The notes beneath the pieces are model-generated. The model did not search any database. It had not been told where the DNA came from and was given only the letters and a program-made list of their open reading frames with translations. From NCBI GenBank assembly GCA_017463865.1, contig JAFTOI010000003.1, positions 5,219-69,218 of the forward strand: a DNA stretch of 64,000 nucleotides, given 5' to 3'. Shown one piece after another: positions 1 to 10,384 of this stretch. How positions within the stretch are numbered: position 1 is the first letter of the stretch; each line of letters starts with the position of its first letter. A program made the translations under genes and the position numbers. This DNA is from Clostridia bacterium. GTDB lineage: Bacteria > Bacillota > Clostridia > Oscillospirales > CAG-272.

Positions 1-106
1 TTGCAGGGCCGGCACCTCGATGGCGTCCGCGGGAAATTGCGCGATCTGCACAAATTGGCGGGGGAATTTTCGGTCATTCGGTACATGACATGATATGGGA
101 AGTGCG

Positions 107-115
107 TGATACAAT
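107..115 (+). promoter_or_regulatory. Candidate extended -10 element (TGaTACAAT) for the first MBL lipoprotein gene
   Basis: TGATACAAT at 107..115, about 60 nt upstream of ATG 178. No good -35 at 17 nt (GACATG). Confidence 0.35.
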
Positions 116-177
116 GATATCACTCGGAAAACCGATCAGCTCCGGAGAAAATCCCGCAAAAGTCCATGGAGGTACAA

Positions 178-1935
178 ATGCTGAAACGATCGACCGCCCT
201 GCTCATCGCCCTGCTGGCTGTGATGCTGCTCACCGCCTGCGGCGGCAGCGCCGCCCAGACCGACACGACCACCGACCTCACGTCAGCGGACACGCCCGAA
301 ACAACAGCGCCGGCCGAGGAGCTGGCGATCATCGAGAACGGTGCCGCCAACTACCGCATCATCCGCCACGAGGAGGCTTCATCGGCCGCCGTCAAGGCCG
401 CCACCCGCGTCCGCGAGCTGATCGGCCAGGAGACCGGCGTCTACCCCGACCTCTCGACCGACTGGCACCGAAAGGACGCCGACCTCGACCACACCACGCT
501 CGAGATCCTCGTCGGCGCCACCGACTACACAGAATCGGCCAGCGCGCTGGCGGGCATCCTCTACGGCGACTACATCGTCACCCGTGTCGACAACAAGCTG
601 GTCATCAACGCATGGTGTGACGCCGGCCTTGAGGCCGCCGTCACCGCCCTCGGCCGCGAGCTATTCAACCGCGCGGAGGCCGGCAGCTTCACCCTCCCCG
701 CCGACATCCGCCTCACCGGCACCAAGGTCGACATCGTCAACGCCCTCCCGGTCTACGACGGGGGCAATGTGCGGGCCATCTACGACGCGGGCAACCAGAA
801 TCAGGTGCTCATCGTCGACGACACCACCCCCGATGAGTACGCCGCCTACCGCCGTGCCATCGAGACCGCCGGTTACACCCTCTACACTGAGAATGCCATC
901 GCCGACAACCGCTTTGCCACCTACGTCAGTGACCAGTACGTCATCAACGCCGGCTACTACGCCTACGAGACGGCCTCCCGCATCATCATCGAGCCCCGCA
1001 CCACCCTGCCGGCGCTCGAGGACGAGAACAAGTATGAGAGCAAAATCCAGCCCAGCTTCGCCATGCTTGGGCTCGAGCATGACAGCAACGGCGTTCTGGT
1101 GCAGAACGGCCTCTGTTTCATCTTCCAGCTGGCCGACGGCAGTTATATCGTGGTCGACGGCGGCTTCCCGCGCCAGCGCGACGCCAAGGCCATCTACGAC
1201 TACCTGTACGCCCACGCGCCCGACCCGAACGACATCACCGTCGCCGGCTGGTTCATCACCCACGCCCACAGCGATCACTACGCCGCCTACAACCTGTTCA
1301 GCCAGACTTACGCAGACAAGGTGAAGGTCGAGTACGTCATCGGCAACTTCCCCAGCGATACGGCGCGGATCGAGGGCGGCCTGGGCACCGAGGGGTCGGT
1401 CGGCCCGCAGATCGAGCAAAATGTCGCCCGCTTCGAGGGGGCGCAGTTCATCAAGGCGCACACCGGCTACCAGTTCTTCATGCGCGACGCCAGGATCGAG
1501 GTGCTTTACACCCTCGAGAGCTATGCGCCGGGTGTGCTGAGTTATTTCAACACCACTTCGCTGATCTTCACTGTCGAGATTGCCGGGCAGAAGTTCAACA
1601 TCCTCGGCGACGCCTCCAACGACGCCTGCAATATTGCCTATAAAATGTACGGCGATACCCTCAAGAGCGACTTTGTGCAGACCGCACACCACGGCTACAC
1701 CACCGGCTCCACGGCCTACGGCGGGGTCACCGCGGTCTACAGCGCCTCGGCCGCTCCGGTCGTCCTCTGGCCGGTCGGCGAGAAGGACTACGCCGGCATG
1801 AGCAGCCGTGCCTACGACGCACATCTCCAGGAGCTCGCGGCCACCAAGGAGATCTTCGTCGCCGGCTCGCGCGAGGTCAGGTTCATGCTGCCCTACGCCG
1901 CCGGCACCAGCGGTTATGCAAGCATCCTCAAGTAA
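178..1935 (+). CDS. Exported lipoprotein, paralog A: N-terminal alpha/beta module plus metallo-beta-lactamase-fold (ComEC-type) hydrolase domain
   Basis: ORF 166..1935; start moved to ATG 178 (GGAGG 6 nt upstream, same layout as paralog B). Signal peptide with lipobox LLTAC. MBL motif ITHAHSDHY and distal TAHHGY. Confidence 0.8.
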   Translation: MLKRSTALLIALLAVMLLTACGGSAAQTDTTTDLTSADTPETTAPAEELAIIENGAANYRIIRHEEASSAAVKAATRVRELIGQETGVYPDLSTDWHRKDADLDHTTLEILVGATDYTESASALAGILYGDYIVTRVDNKLVINAWCDAGLEAAVTALGRELFNRAEAGSFTLPADIRLTGTKVDIVNALPVYDGGNVRAIYDAGNQNQVLIVDDTTPDEYAAYRRAIETAGYTLYTENAIADNRFATYVSDQYVINAGYYAYETASRIIIEPRTTLPALEDENKYESKIQPSFAMLGLEHDSNGVLVQNGLCFIFQLADGSYIVVDGGFPRQRDAKAIYDYLYAHAPDPNDITVAGWFITHAHSDHYAAYNLFSQTYADKVKVEYVIGNFPSDTARIEGGLGTEGSVGPQIEQNVARFEGAQFIKAHTGYQFFMRDARIEVLYTLESYAPGVLSYFNTTSLIFTVEIAGQKFNILGDASNDACNIAYKMYGDTLKSDFVQTAHHGYTTGSTAYGGVTAVYSASAAPVVLWPVGEKDYAGMSSRAYDAHLQELAATKEIFVAGSREVRFMLPYAAGTSGYASILK

Positions 1936-1947
1936 ATGAAAACAGCA

Positions 1948-1974
1948 ACGGCTGCCCGCACGGGCAGCCGTTTG
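1948..1974 (+). terminator. Rho-independent terminator
   Basis: Hairpin ACGGCTGCCC-GCAC-GGGCAGCCGT followed by TTT. The hairpin is identical to the one at 3848. Confidence 0.7.
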
Positions 1975-2014
1975 CGCGTATCGGCGGGATTTTTCCGCAA
2001 TTTGCCCAATACCG

Positions 2015-2043
2015 TTGACTTTTTCCGAAAAATACCGTATAAT
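2015..2043 (+). promoter_or_regulatory. Sigma-A promoter TTGACT-17-TATAAT
   Basis: -35 at 2015..2020, 17-nt spacer, -10 at 2038..2043, 30 nt upstream of ATG 2073. Confidence 0.8.
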
Positions 2044-2072
2044 GAAAACAACCTATAACATGGAGGTAAACA

Positions 2073-3833
2073 ATGAAACGATTGACTGCCCTGCTGATCG
2101 CTCTGCTGGCCATGACGGTGCTTTTCACCGCTTGCAGCGGCGACAGCCCTTCAACCACCGACACCACTGCCGCTCCGACCACGACGGCAGCCCCCGAAAC
2201 CGAGCCCCCTGTGACCGACCTTGAGATCGTCAAGGACGGTGTCGCCAACTACCGCGTCATCCGCGCGGAGGAAGCAACGCAGTCCACCATCGACGCCGCC
2301 ACCCTTGTCCGCTCGCAGATCGGCAAGGAGACCGGTGCCTTCCCCGACATCTCCACCGACTGGGTCAAGCGCGGCACCGAGCTTGACCACGAATCGCTGG
2401 AGATCCTCGTCGGCGCCACCGCCTATGAGGAATCGGCCAAGGCGCTGGAGGGTGTCCCCTACGGTGACTATATCGTCACCTGTGTTGGCAACAAGATCGT
2501 CATCAACGCCTGGAGCGACGCCGGCCTTGACGCCGCCGTCACCGCACTCGGCCGCGAGCTGATCTCGAATGCCGACACCGGCAGCTTCACCCTGCCCGCC
2601 GACTTCAAGCTCACCGGCACCAAGATCGAAATCGTCAATCAGCTGCCCACCTATGCCGGCGGCAGCCTCCGTTCCATCTATCATTCGGGCGACGATAACC
2701 AGGTGGTCATCATCGACGACACCACCCCCGATGAGTACGCCGCCTACCGCAAGACCCTCGAGTCGGCCGGCTACACCCTCTACACCGAGAACGACATCAC
2801 CGACAACAAGTTCGCCACCTACGTCAACGACAAGTACGTCGTCAACGCCGGCTACTACGCCTACGAGACCGCTGCCCGCATCATCATCGAGCCCCGTACC
2901 ACTCTGCCCGCGCTCGCATCTGAGAACAAGTACGAGAGCAAGGTTCAGCCCAGCTTCGCCATGCTCGGTCTTGAGTTTACCAGCGGCGATTCGCTGACTG
3001 AGAACGGCCTCTGCTTCATCTACCAGCTGGCGGATGGCAGCTACATCATCATCGACGGTGGCTTCAACCGCGCCCGCGATGCCAAGGCGCTCTACGACTA
3101 CATGCGTGAGCACGCGCCCGATAAAGACAACATCACCATCGCCGCATGGTTTATCACCCACTCGCACGGCGACCACAACGGCGCATGGTACAAGTTCAGC
3201 GAGACCTACGCAAGCAAGGTCAACCTTGAGCTGCTGGTCGGCAACTTCCCCAGCGACGAAGCGCGCCTGGACGGCGGCCTCGGCACCGAGGGCGGCGGCG
3301 GCCCCAAGACGATGAATTACGTCTACAACTACAAGGGAGCCGAGTTCATCAAGGCGCACACAGGCTACCAGTTCCATCTGCGCGACGCTGAGGTCGAGAT
3401 CCTCTACACCCTTGAGAGCTACGCACCCAGCGTTCTGAACTACTTAAATACCTCGTCGCTGATCTTCACCATCAAGATCGCCGGCCAGCAGTTCCTGATT
3501 CTTGGCGACGCCTCGAACTATGGCTGTGACATTGCCCAGAAGATGTACGGCGACTATCTGAAGAGCGATATTATCCAGACCGCGCACCATGGCTACGGCA
3601 CCGGTACGTCGTCCTACGGCGGTGTAACGGCTGTCTACACCAAGGCGGCCGCCCCTGTGGTCTTTTGGCCGGTCGGTGCGAAGGATTACGCAAACATGCA
3701 CACCCGCGCCTACGACGCCCACCTGCAGAACCTCGCGACAACCAAGGAGATCATCGTCGCCGGTTCGCGCGAAGTCCGCGTCATGCTGCCCTACACCATG
3801 GGCACCAGCGGCTACGAGACGATTCTGAAGTGA
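2073..3833 (+). CDS. Exported lipoprotein, paralog B: N-terminal alpha/beta module plus MBL-fold (ComEC-type) hydrolase domain
   Basis: 586-aa ORF collinear with paralog A over its whole length. Lipobox LFTAC, ITHSHGDHN and TAHHGY motifs, GGAGG RBS. Confidence 0.8.
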   Translation: MKRLTALLIALLAMTVLFTACSGDSPSTTDTTAAPTTTAAPETEPPVTDLEIVKDGVANYRVIRAEEATQSTIDAATLVRSQIGKETGAFPDISTDWVKRGTELDHESLEILVGATAYEESAKALEGVPYGDYIVTCVGNKIVINAWSDAGLDAAVTALGRELISNADTGSFTLPADFKLTGTKIEIVNQLPTYAGGSLRSIYHSGDDNQVVIIDDTTPDEYAAYRKTLESAGYTLYTENDITDNKFATYVNDKYVVNAGYYAYETAARIIIEPRTTLPALASENKYESKVQPSFAMLGLEFTSGDSLTENGLCFIYQLADGSYIIIDGGFNRARDAKALYDYMREHAPDKDNITIAAWFITHSHGDHNGAWYKFSETYASKVNLELLVGNFPSDEARLDGGLGTEGGGGPKTMNYVYNYKGAEFIKAHTGYQFHLRDAEVEILYTLESYAPSVLNYLNTSSLIFTIKIAGQQFLILGDASNYGCDIAQKMYGDYLKSDIIQTAHHGYGTGTSSYGGVTAVYTKAAAPVVFWPVGAKDYANMHTRAYDAHLQNLATTKEIIVAGSREVRVMLPYTMGTSGYETILK

Positions 3834-3847
3834 TCCCCAAACAGCAA

Positions 3848-3877
3848 ACGGCTGCCCGCACGGGCAGCCGTTTTTTT
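3848..3877. terminator. Bidirectional rho-independent terminator
   Basis: ACGGCTGCCC-GCAC-GGGCAGCCGT plus T7. It lies between convergent stops at 3833 (+) and 3881 (-). Confidence 0.8.
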
Positions 3878-3880
3878 CGT

Positions 3881-4630
3881 TCAATCGAACGCCAGCCAAG
3901 CGTCGGCGAGGGGGAGGGCGGTTGGGGTATGCGTGATGTGCGCGGCGCGGACGGGGATGTTGCCGTAGAAGCAGCCGACGCCGGCGAAGGCGCGGAGGAT
4001 GCGGTCGGCCTCGGCGGCGGTGGTGCTGGGGGTGATGGTCATGTCGGCCTCGGTGGGCTGGGGCCAGTATTCGCCGGCGGGCTGGGGCGTGCCGTTCGCC
4101 CACATGGTCGCGGGATCGGCGATGAAGCGGTGCAGGAGGGGCACTGCGGCCTGCTGGAGCTTCGCAGTGAGGGTGGGGAGGATCTCGTCGGGTGCGACAT
4201 CAACGGCGGCTTGGGCGAGGATATCGCCCTCGTCGAAGCGGGGGGCAAGCTTGTGGAGGGTGACGCCGCTCTGCGTCAGGCCGCGCAGGATGGTAACCGG
4301 CATGGGCCACGCGCCGCGGCCAACGGGGAGGAGCGCGGGGTGGAGATTGACGCCCCGCAGGCCGCAGGCCTTGACGGGGATGCGGTAGGCGTAGCCGGCG
4401 CTGACCATCCAGTCGCAGCCCCGCGCGGCGAGGGCGGCGAGGTCAGCCTCGGTCACGCGGCGGTCTGTGCAAGGGATGCCGCGGGCGGCGGCGAAGGCGG
4501 TGACGCGGTCGTTGAAGTCGCAGACGCCGTCCGAGGGGAAGGTATAGATGGCCATGATCTCGACGCCGAGCGCGGGGAGGGATTCGAGACAGTCGGCGAA
4601 GAGGTCGTAGCCGAAGTAGACGATTTTCAT
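3881..4630 (-). CDS. Formyltransferase-family protein (Fmt/PurN-like N-terminal fold)
   Basis: ORF 3881..4804 trimmed to ATG 4630 (MKIVYFGYD..., GGAGGTG RBS). Motifs VNLHPALLPVGRGAWP and DEGDIL match the formyltransferase Asn/His/Asp core. Confidence 0.7.
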   Translation of the reverse strand: MKIVYFGYDLFADCLESLPALGVEIMAIYTFPSDGVCDFNDRVTAFAAARGIPCTDRRVTEADLAALAARGCDWMVSAGYAYRIPVKACGLRGVNLHPALLPVGRGAWPMPVTILRGLTQSGVTLHKLAPRFDEGDILAQAAVDVAPDEILPTLTAKLQQAAVPLLHRFIADPATMWANGTPQPAGEYWPQPTEADMTITPSTTAAEADRILRAFAGVGCFYGNIPVRAAHITHTPTALPLADAWLAFD

Positions 4631-4715
4631 GGGCACCTCCGTGGGGTTGGTGAGGATAGTATACCACAAAATCGGGGCGGATGCAAGGGAAAAGCCCCCG
4701 GTGGGGGGCTTTTCG

Positions 4716-6137
4716 TTATTGGTTGATTTTAGGGATATCGACATATCTTGGCTGTGCGGCATGTACAGTGACAAATTCCAGATATATGCCGTATTGATCT
4801 CCATAAATGGAATCGAGCCGTTCGATCATTTTTGCTTCGGCTTCTTCGTCCACGCGACGGTATCTGTCTGTAGAAGTCCATGTATCTCCCTCGCCACGGC
4901 CTGTGCTGCGCGCCAAGTCATAGTATGTTCCATCCGCCGCGCGCAGATATGAAGATCTGTTCGTGCTCACTTGGAATCCGTTTTCCCATGTTCTATTCCC
5001 CTTCATATAAAGGATCAATTCGCCGTCCTTTGTGGACATCCCGACAACCTGGATCCATATGCCACCCTCATTAAAGATCGTCAGCGGTTCAGCAAAGGTA
5101 ACACGTTCCCCCTCTGCAGGAAGCGGCTCGGATAATGGAATTATACGTTCAACGACATACCGATAGTTTGATGAAATCAAAACATAATCCAGCGAACAAT
5201 CCACGATTCGCGACTGTGGGACTTCTTTAAGGAGAATCAACGTCTCAAAATCGCCCGCAACATAGTCTAGGTCTAGATCAATGCTTACGTTCATCGACGC
5301 CGTCAGCTTATTGCCATTCTCATCAATCGGGGCCACCAAATCAACAGACGGCACCCATCTTTCATCAAGTAATGTCGATTTGCCATCAACCAGCACATAG
5401 CGGCTGCCTTTGGCCAGCGGAAACATGCGTACACTTAATTTGTCGTTGCGCTTTTCCACAATGTGCGTCTTTTCATCATATTCGACCAGCGAGATCTCGG
5501 TCTCATCGCCCCGCGGGGTGCGCAGTGTGAACGAGGTCTGTTCTGGAAAATTGGCGCTGACATAAGTGTCAAGTCTTGTCAGGTAATTTTTCAAATTATC
5601 TTCTTCGGCAGATGTGGCTGTTATTTCCGCTGTCGAACCATCAGCAAAAACAGCTGTCAATGTACCGAAGTAGCTGTTCTTTTCCATGACAAGCATACCA
5701 TCTTCTCCTAGATACTGCCGATATACACTGTAATTCTCGTTCGTATCCTCCGCGCCGCGCGTGACGATGACGCGCAGCTCGTACCCGTCGCCTGTCGGCG
5801 CGAGCACGACGTAATCGACCTGCTTATCCCCAAGCGGGACGACCTCGTCCAGCACCCAGATCTGCATGTCTTCCAGCGACTCGCTGCCCTCGACCACAAC
5901 GTCAGTGATGCCCACACCGGGGATGAAGACGCTGCTCTGCCAGCGATAGATCGCGCTCGCGCCGACACCGACGCAGAGGGCGATGCACAGCGCCGCCGCG
6001 ACCAGCACCGCGCCAAGCTTGGCCGGGCGGATGCGTCTGTCGGGCGTGCTCCCTCTGGCGCGGGCACGCGCCAGCACGGTTTCCTCCAGCCCTGCCGGGG
6101 GCTGGATCTTTTCCATTTTTTCTCGATATTGCTTCAT
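4716..6137 (-). CDS. Anti-sigma-factor-like single-pass membrane protein with a large extracytoplasmic domain
   Basis: Its start overlaps the sigma gene stop by 4 bp. A short cytoplasmic N-terminus is followed by a TM helix (LGAVLVAAALCIALCVGVGASAI) and about 400 aa outside the membrane. Confidence 0.7.
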   Translation of the reverse strand: MKQYREKMEKIQPPAGLEETVLARARARGSTPDRRIRPAKLGAVLVAAALCIALCVGVGASAIYRWQSSVFIPGVGITDVVVEGSESLEDMQIWVLDEVVPLGDKQVDYVVLAPTGDGYELRVIVTRGAEDTNENYSVYRQYLGEDGMLVMEKNSYFGTLTAVFADGSTAEITATSAEEDNLKNYLTRLDTYVSANFPEQTSFTLRTPRGDETEISLVEYDEKTHIVEKRNDKLSVRMFPLAKGSRYVLVDGKSTLLDERWVPSVDLVAPIDENGNKLTASMNVSIDLDLDYVAGDFETLILLKEVPQSRIVDCSLDYVLISSNYRYVVERIIPLSEPLPAEGERVTFAEPLTIFNEGGIWIQVVGMSTKDGELILYMKGNRTWENGFQVSTNRSSYLRAADGTYYDLARSTGRGEGDTWTSTDRYRRVDEEAEAKMIERLDSIYGDQYGIYLEFVTVHAAQPRYVDIPKINQ

Positions 6138-6631
6138 TTTACAACCTCCCTTTCGTCGGATATGTCGGTCAGCCGATCGTGCAGCATGCGCCGGGCGCGG
6201 GTCAGCTGCATGCGTACTGTTCCCTCGCGCCGGCCAAGCGTTTTTGCGATCTCGGCGGTCGACAGCTCCTCGAAATAATGCAGATGGATCACAGCCCGAT
6301 AGGTCTCGGGCAGGCGGGCGAGCAGGTCGCGCAGCTCGTCGGCGGCCTGCGCCTCCTCGTCCCGCCGATCGGGGATGTCCTCGATCAGCTCGACTGTCGC
6401 TCGCCGCACCCGCGCGCGGTGCAGGCTGCGTGCGCAGTTGACCGTGACCCGGAGGAGCCAGGCTTTCTCGTGCTCGTCCGAGGCGAGGTCGGGTGACGTG
6501 CGCCAGTAGCGCAGAAAGACTTCCTGGTACACGTCGTCGGCGTCGGCCCGGCTGCCGCTCTGCGCAAACGCCAGCCGGTAGACGCTCGCCCCGTAGCGCG
6601 TCATGGCGGCTTCCAGCCGCTCTTCCGTCAT
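6134..6631 (-). CDS. ECF-type RNA polymerase sigma-70 factor
   Basis: ORF 6134..6649 trimmed to ATG 6631 (AGGGGGTG RBS). Region 2 (DDVYQEVFLRYW) and region 4 HTH (ELSTAEIAKTLGRREGTVRMQLTRAR). Confidence 0.85.
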   Translation of the reverse strand: MTEERLEAAMTRYGASVYRLAFAQSGSRADADDVYQEVFLRYWRTSPDLASDEHEKAWLLRVTVNCARSLHRARVRRATVELIEDIPDRRDEEAQAADELRDLLARLPETYRAVIHLHYFEELSTAEIAKTLGRREGTVRMQLTRARRMLHDRLTDISDEREVVK

Positions 6632-6651
6632 GGGATCACCCCCTTTCACCT

Positions 6652-6680
6652 ATAATACGCTTTTTTGGGGCGGATTGCAA
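6652..6680 (-). promoter_or_regulatory. Sigma-A-type promoter TTGCAA-17-TATTAT for the sigma/anti-sigma operon
   Basis: Minus strand: -35 at 6675..6680, -10 at 6652..6657, exact 17-nt spacer. The leader would be very short. Confidence 0.5.
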
Positions 6681-6681
6681 C

Positions 6682-6707
6682 ACGACAACAGAATTTTTTG
6701 GGGTTTC
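6682..6707 (-). promoter_or_regulatory. Weak ECF-type promoter candidate GAAAC-N18-CGTG
   Basis: Minus strand GAAAC (6703..6707) and CGT (6682..6684). The spacing is 1-2 nt longer than the usual AAC-N16/17-CGT. Confidence 0.25.
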
Positions 6708-6736
6708 TGCAATTTTTTTCGCGCTCCCGCGCGATG

Positions 6737-6840
6737 GAGGGCGGGGAGACACCATCTCAGACGCCGAAGTTTTCTCCCCGCCCTCTTGCCGCCCGTAGGG
6801 CGGCAATTCACCCACCCCACTTCCTTGGCTTTCCTTGGCT
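6737..6840 (+). repeat. Dispersed two-hairpin repeat, copy A
   Basis: Hairpin 1: GAGGGCGGGGAGA (6737..6749) pairs with TCTCCCCGCCCTC (6773..6785), 23-nt loop. Hairpin 2: TTGCCGCCC-GTA-GGGCGGCAA (6786..6806). Tail TTCACCCACCCCACTTCCTTGGCT. An inverted second copy lies at 53741..53846. Confidence 0.85.
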
Positions 6841-6887
6841 ACGGTGCGAAAAATCGTCGTACAAGCGCAAAAAATCCCCCTGATTGC

Positions 6888-6916
6888 TTGACTTTTTCGC
6901 ATGAAAATGCTATAAT
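6888..6916 (+). promoter_or_regulatory. Sigma-A promoter TTGACT-17-TATAAT (alaS)
   Basis: -35 at 6888..6893, -10 at 6911..6916. The leader is only about 25 nt, leaving no room for a T-box. Confidence 0.8.
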
Positions 6917-6947
6917 GATTTATCTATGATTTTTAACCAGAAAGGTT

Positions 6948-9590
<2,643 letters not shown>

Positions 9591-9612
9591 TCGCGCTGGA
9601 GGAGAAATCGCC

Positions 9613-10338
9613 ATGAACAGGATCATCACGTTTGAGACCATCCGCAACTTTGCCTATGTCAACCACGAGATCGTGAAAAAGCCCATCCGCGGCATCGTGC
9701 TTAACTTCTTCGGCCTCGGCAACAAGGACATGATCAAGGACGAGAACGCCGAGGGTGAATACTACGGTGATCAGGGCATTCTCTACGTTCACCCCTACAA
9801 CAACCCGTGGAACTGGATGAACCGCCAGGCCGTCGCCTACACCGACGAGCTTCTCGACGTGCTGATCGAGGCCATCGGCCTCGACGACAGCATCCCGGTC
9901 GTCTCGACCGGCGGCAGCATGGGCGGCATGTCGGCGCTGGTCTACAGCTATTACGCCAAGCGGACGCCTGTCGCCTGCGTGGCCAACTGCCCGGTCTGCG
10001 ATATGCCCTACCACCTGACCGAGCGCCCCGACCTGCCCCGCACTCTCTACAGCGCCTTCTGGCATGAGGAAGGTGAGCTCGCGCAGGTGCTCGAGGCCTA
10101 CTCCCCCCTGCACCTCGCCGCGAAGATGCCGCAGATCCCCTACACCATCTTCCACTGCACCAAGGACATGTCGGTCAACAAGGAGAAGCACTCCGACCGC
10201 TTCGTCGCCGCCATGCGCGAGAGCGGGCATGAGGTCAACTACGTCATCGTCCCCGACCGCGGCCACTGCGACCTGCCCTATGCAGTCAAGAAGCAGTACA
10301 AGGCCTGTATTGCCAACGCGATCCTGAATCGCGCTTAA
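9613..10338 (+). CDS. Alpha/beta-hydrolase (esterase/peptidase-like)
   Basis: Nucleophile elbow GGSMGG, candidate Asp (CTKDMS) and His (RGHCDL) of a catalytic triad. No signal peptide. Confidence 0.7.
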   Translation: MNRIITFETIRNFAYVNHEIVKKPIRGIVLNFFGLGNKDMIKDENAEGEYYGDQGILYVHPYNNPWNWMNRQAVAYTDELLDVLIEAIGLDDSIPVVSTGGSMGGMSALVYSYYAKRTPVACVANCPVCDMPYHLTERPDLPRTLYSAFWHEEGELAQVLEAYSPLHLAAKMPQIPYTIFHCTKDMSVNKEKHSDRFVAAMRESGHEVNYVIVPDRGHCDLPYAVKKQYKACIANAILNRA

Positions 10339-10348
10339 CCGAACAGAG

Positions 10349-10384
10349 AAATCCCCTGCGGTAAATTCCGCAGGGGATTTTTTT
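10349..10384. terminator. Bidirectional rho-independent terminator
   Basis: AAATCCCCTGCGG-TAAATT-CCGCAGGGGATTT plus a T-run, between convergent genes. Confidence 0.8.

Noticed and set aside
1-110. Possible 5' end of a minus-strand gene running off the left edge. One minus frame reads ...FVQIAQFPADAIEVPALQ and stays open.
   Set aside because: No convincing start codon or RBS within the window, and too short to recognise a family. It cannot be distinguished from chance in high-GC DNA.
6665-6883. Short ORFs sharing the peptide SQTPKFSP (6665..6883 plus; N-terminus of 52830..53867 minus).
   Set aside because: The shared peptide is simply the translation of the conserved hairpin loop of the dispersed repeat, on whichever strand happens to be open. 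There is no RBS, and the surrounding frames are antisense or intergenic.
6650-6947. Possible T-box leader upstream of alaS.
   Set aside because: A consensus promoter at 6888..6916 leaves only about 25 nt of leader. No specifier or T-box (AGGGUGGNACCGCG-like) sequence is present. The structured DNA upstream is the dispersed repeat.
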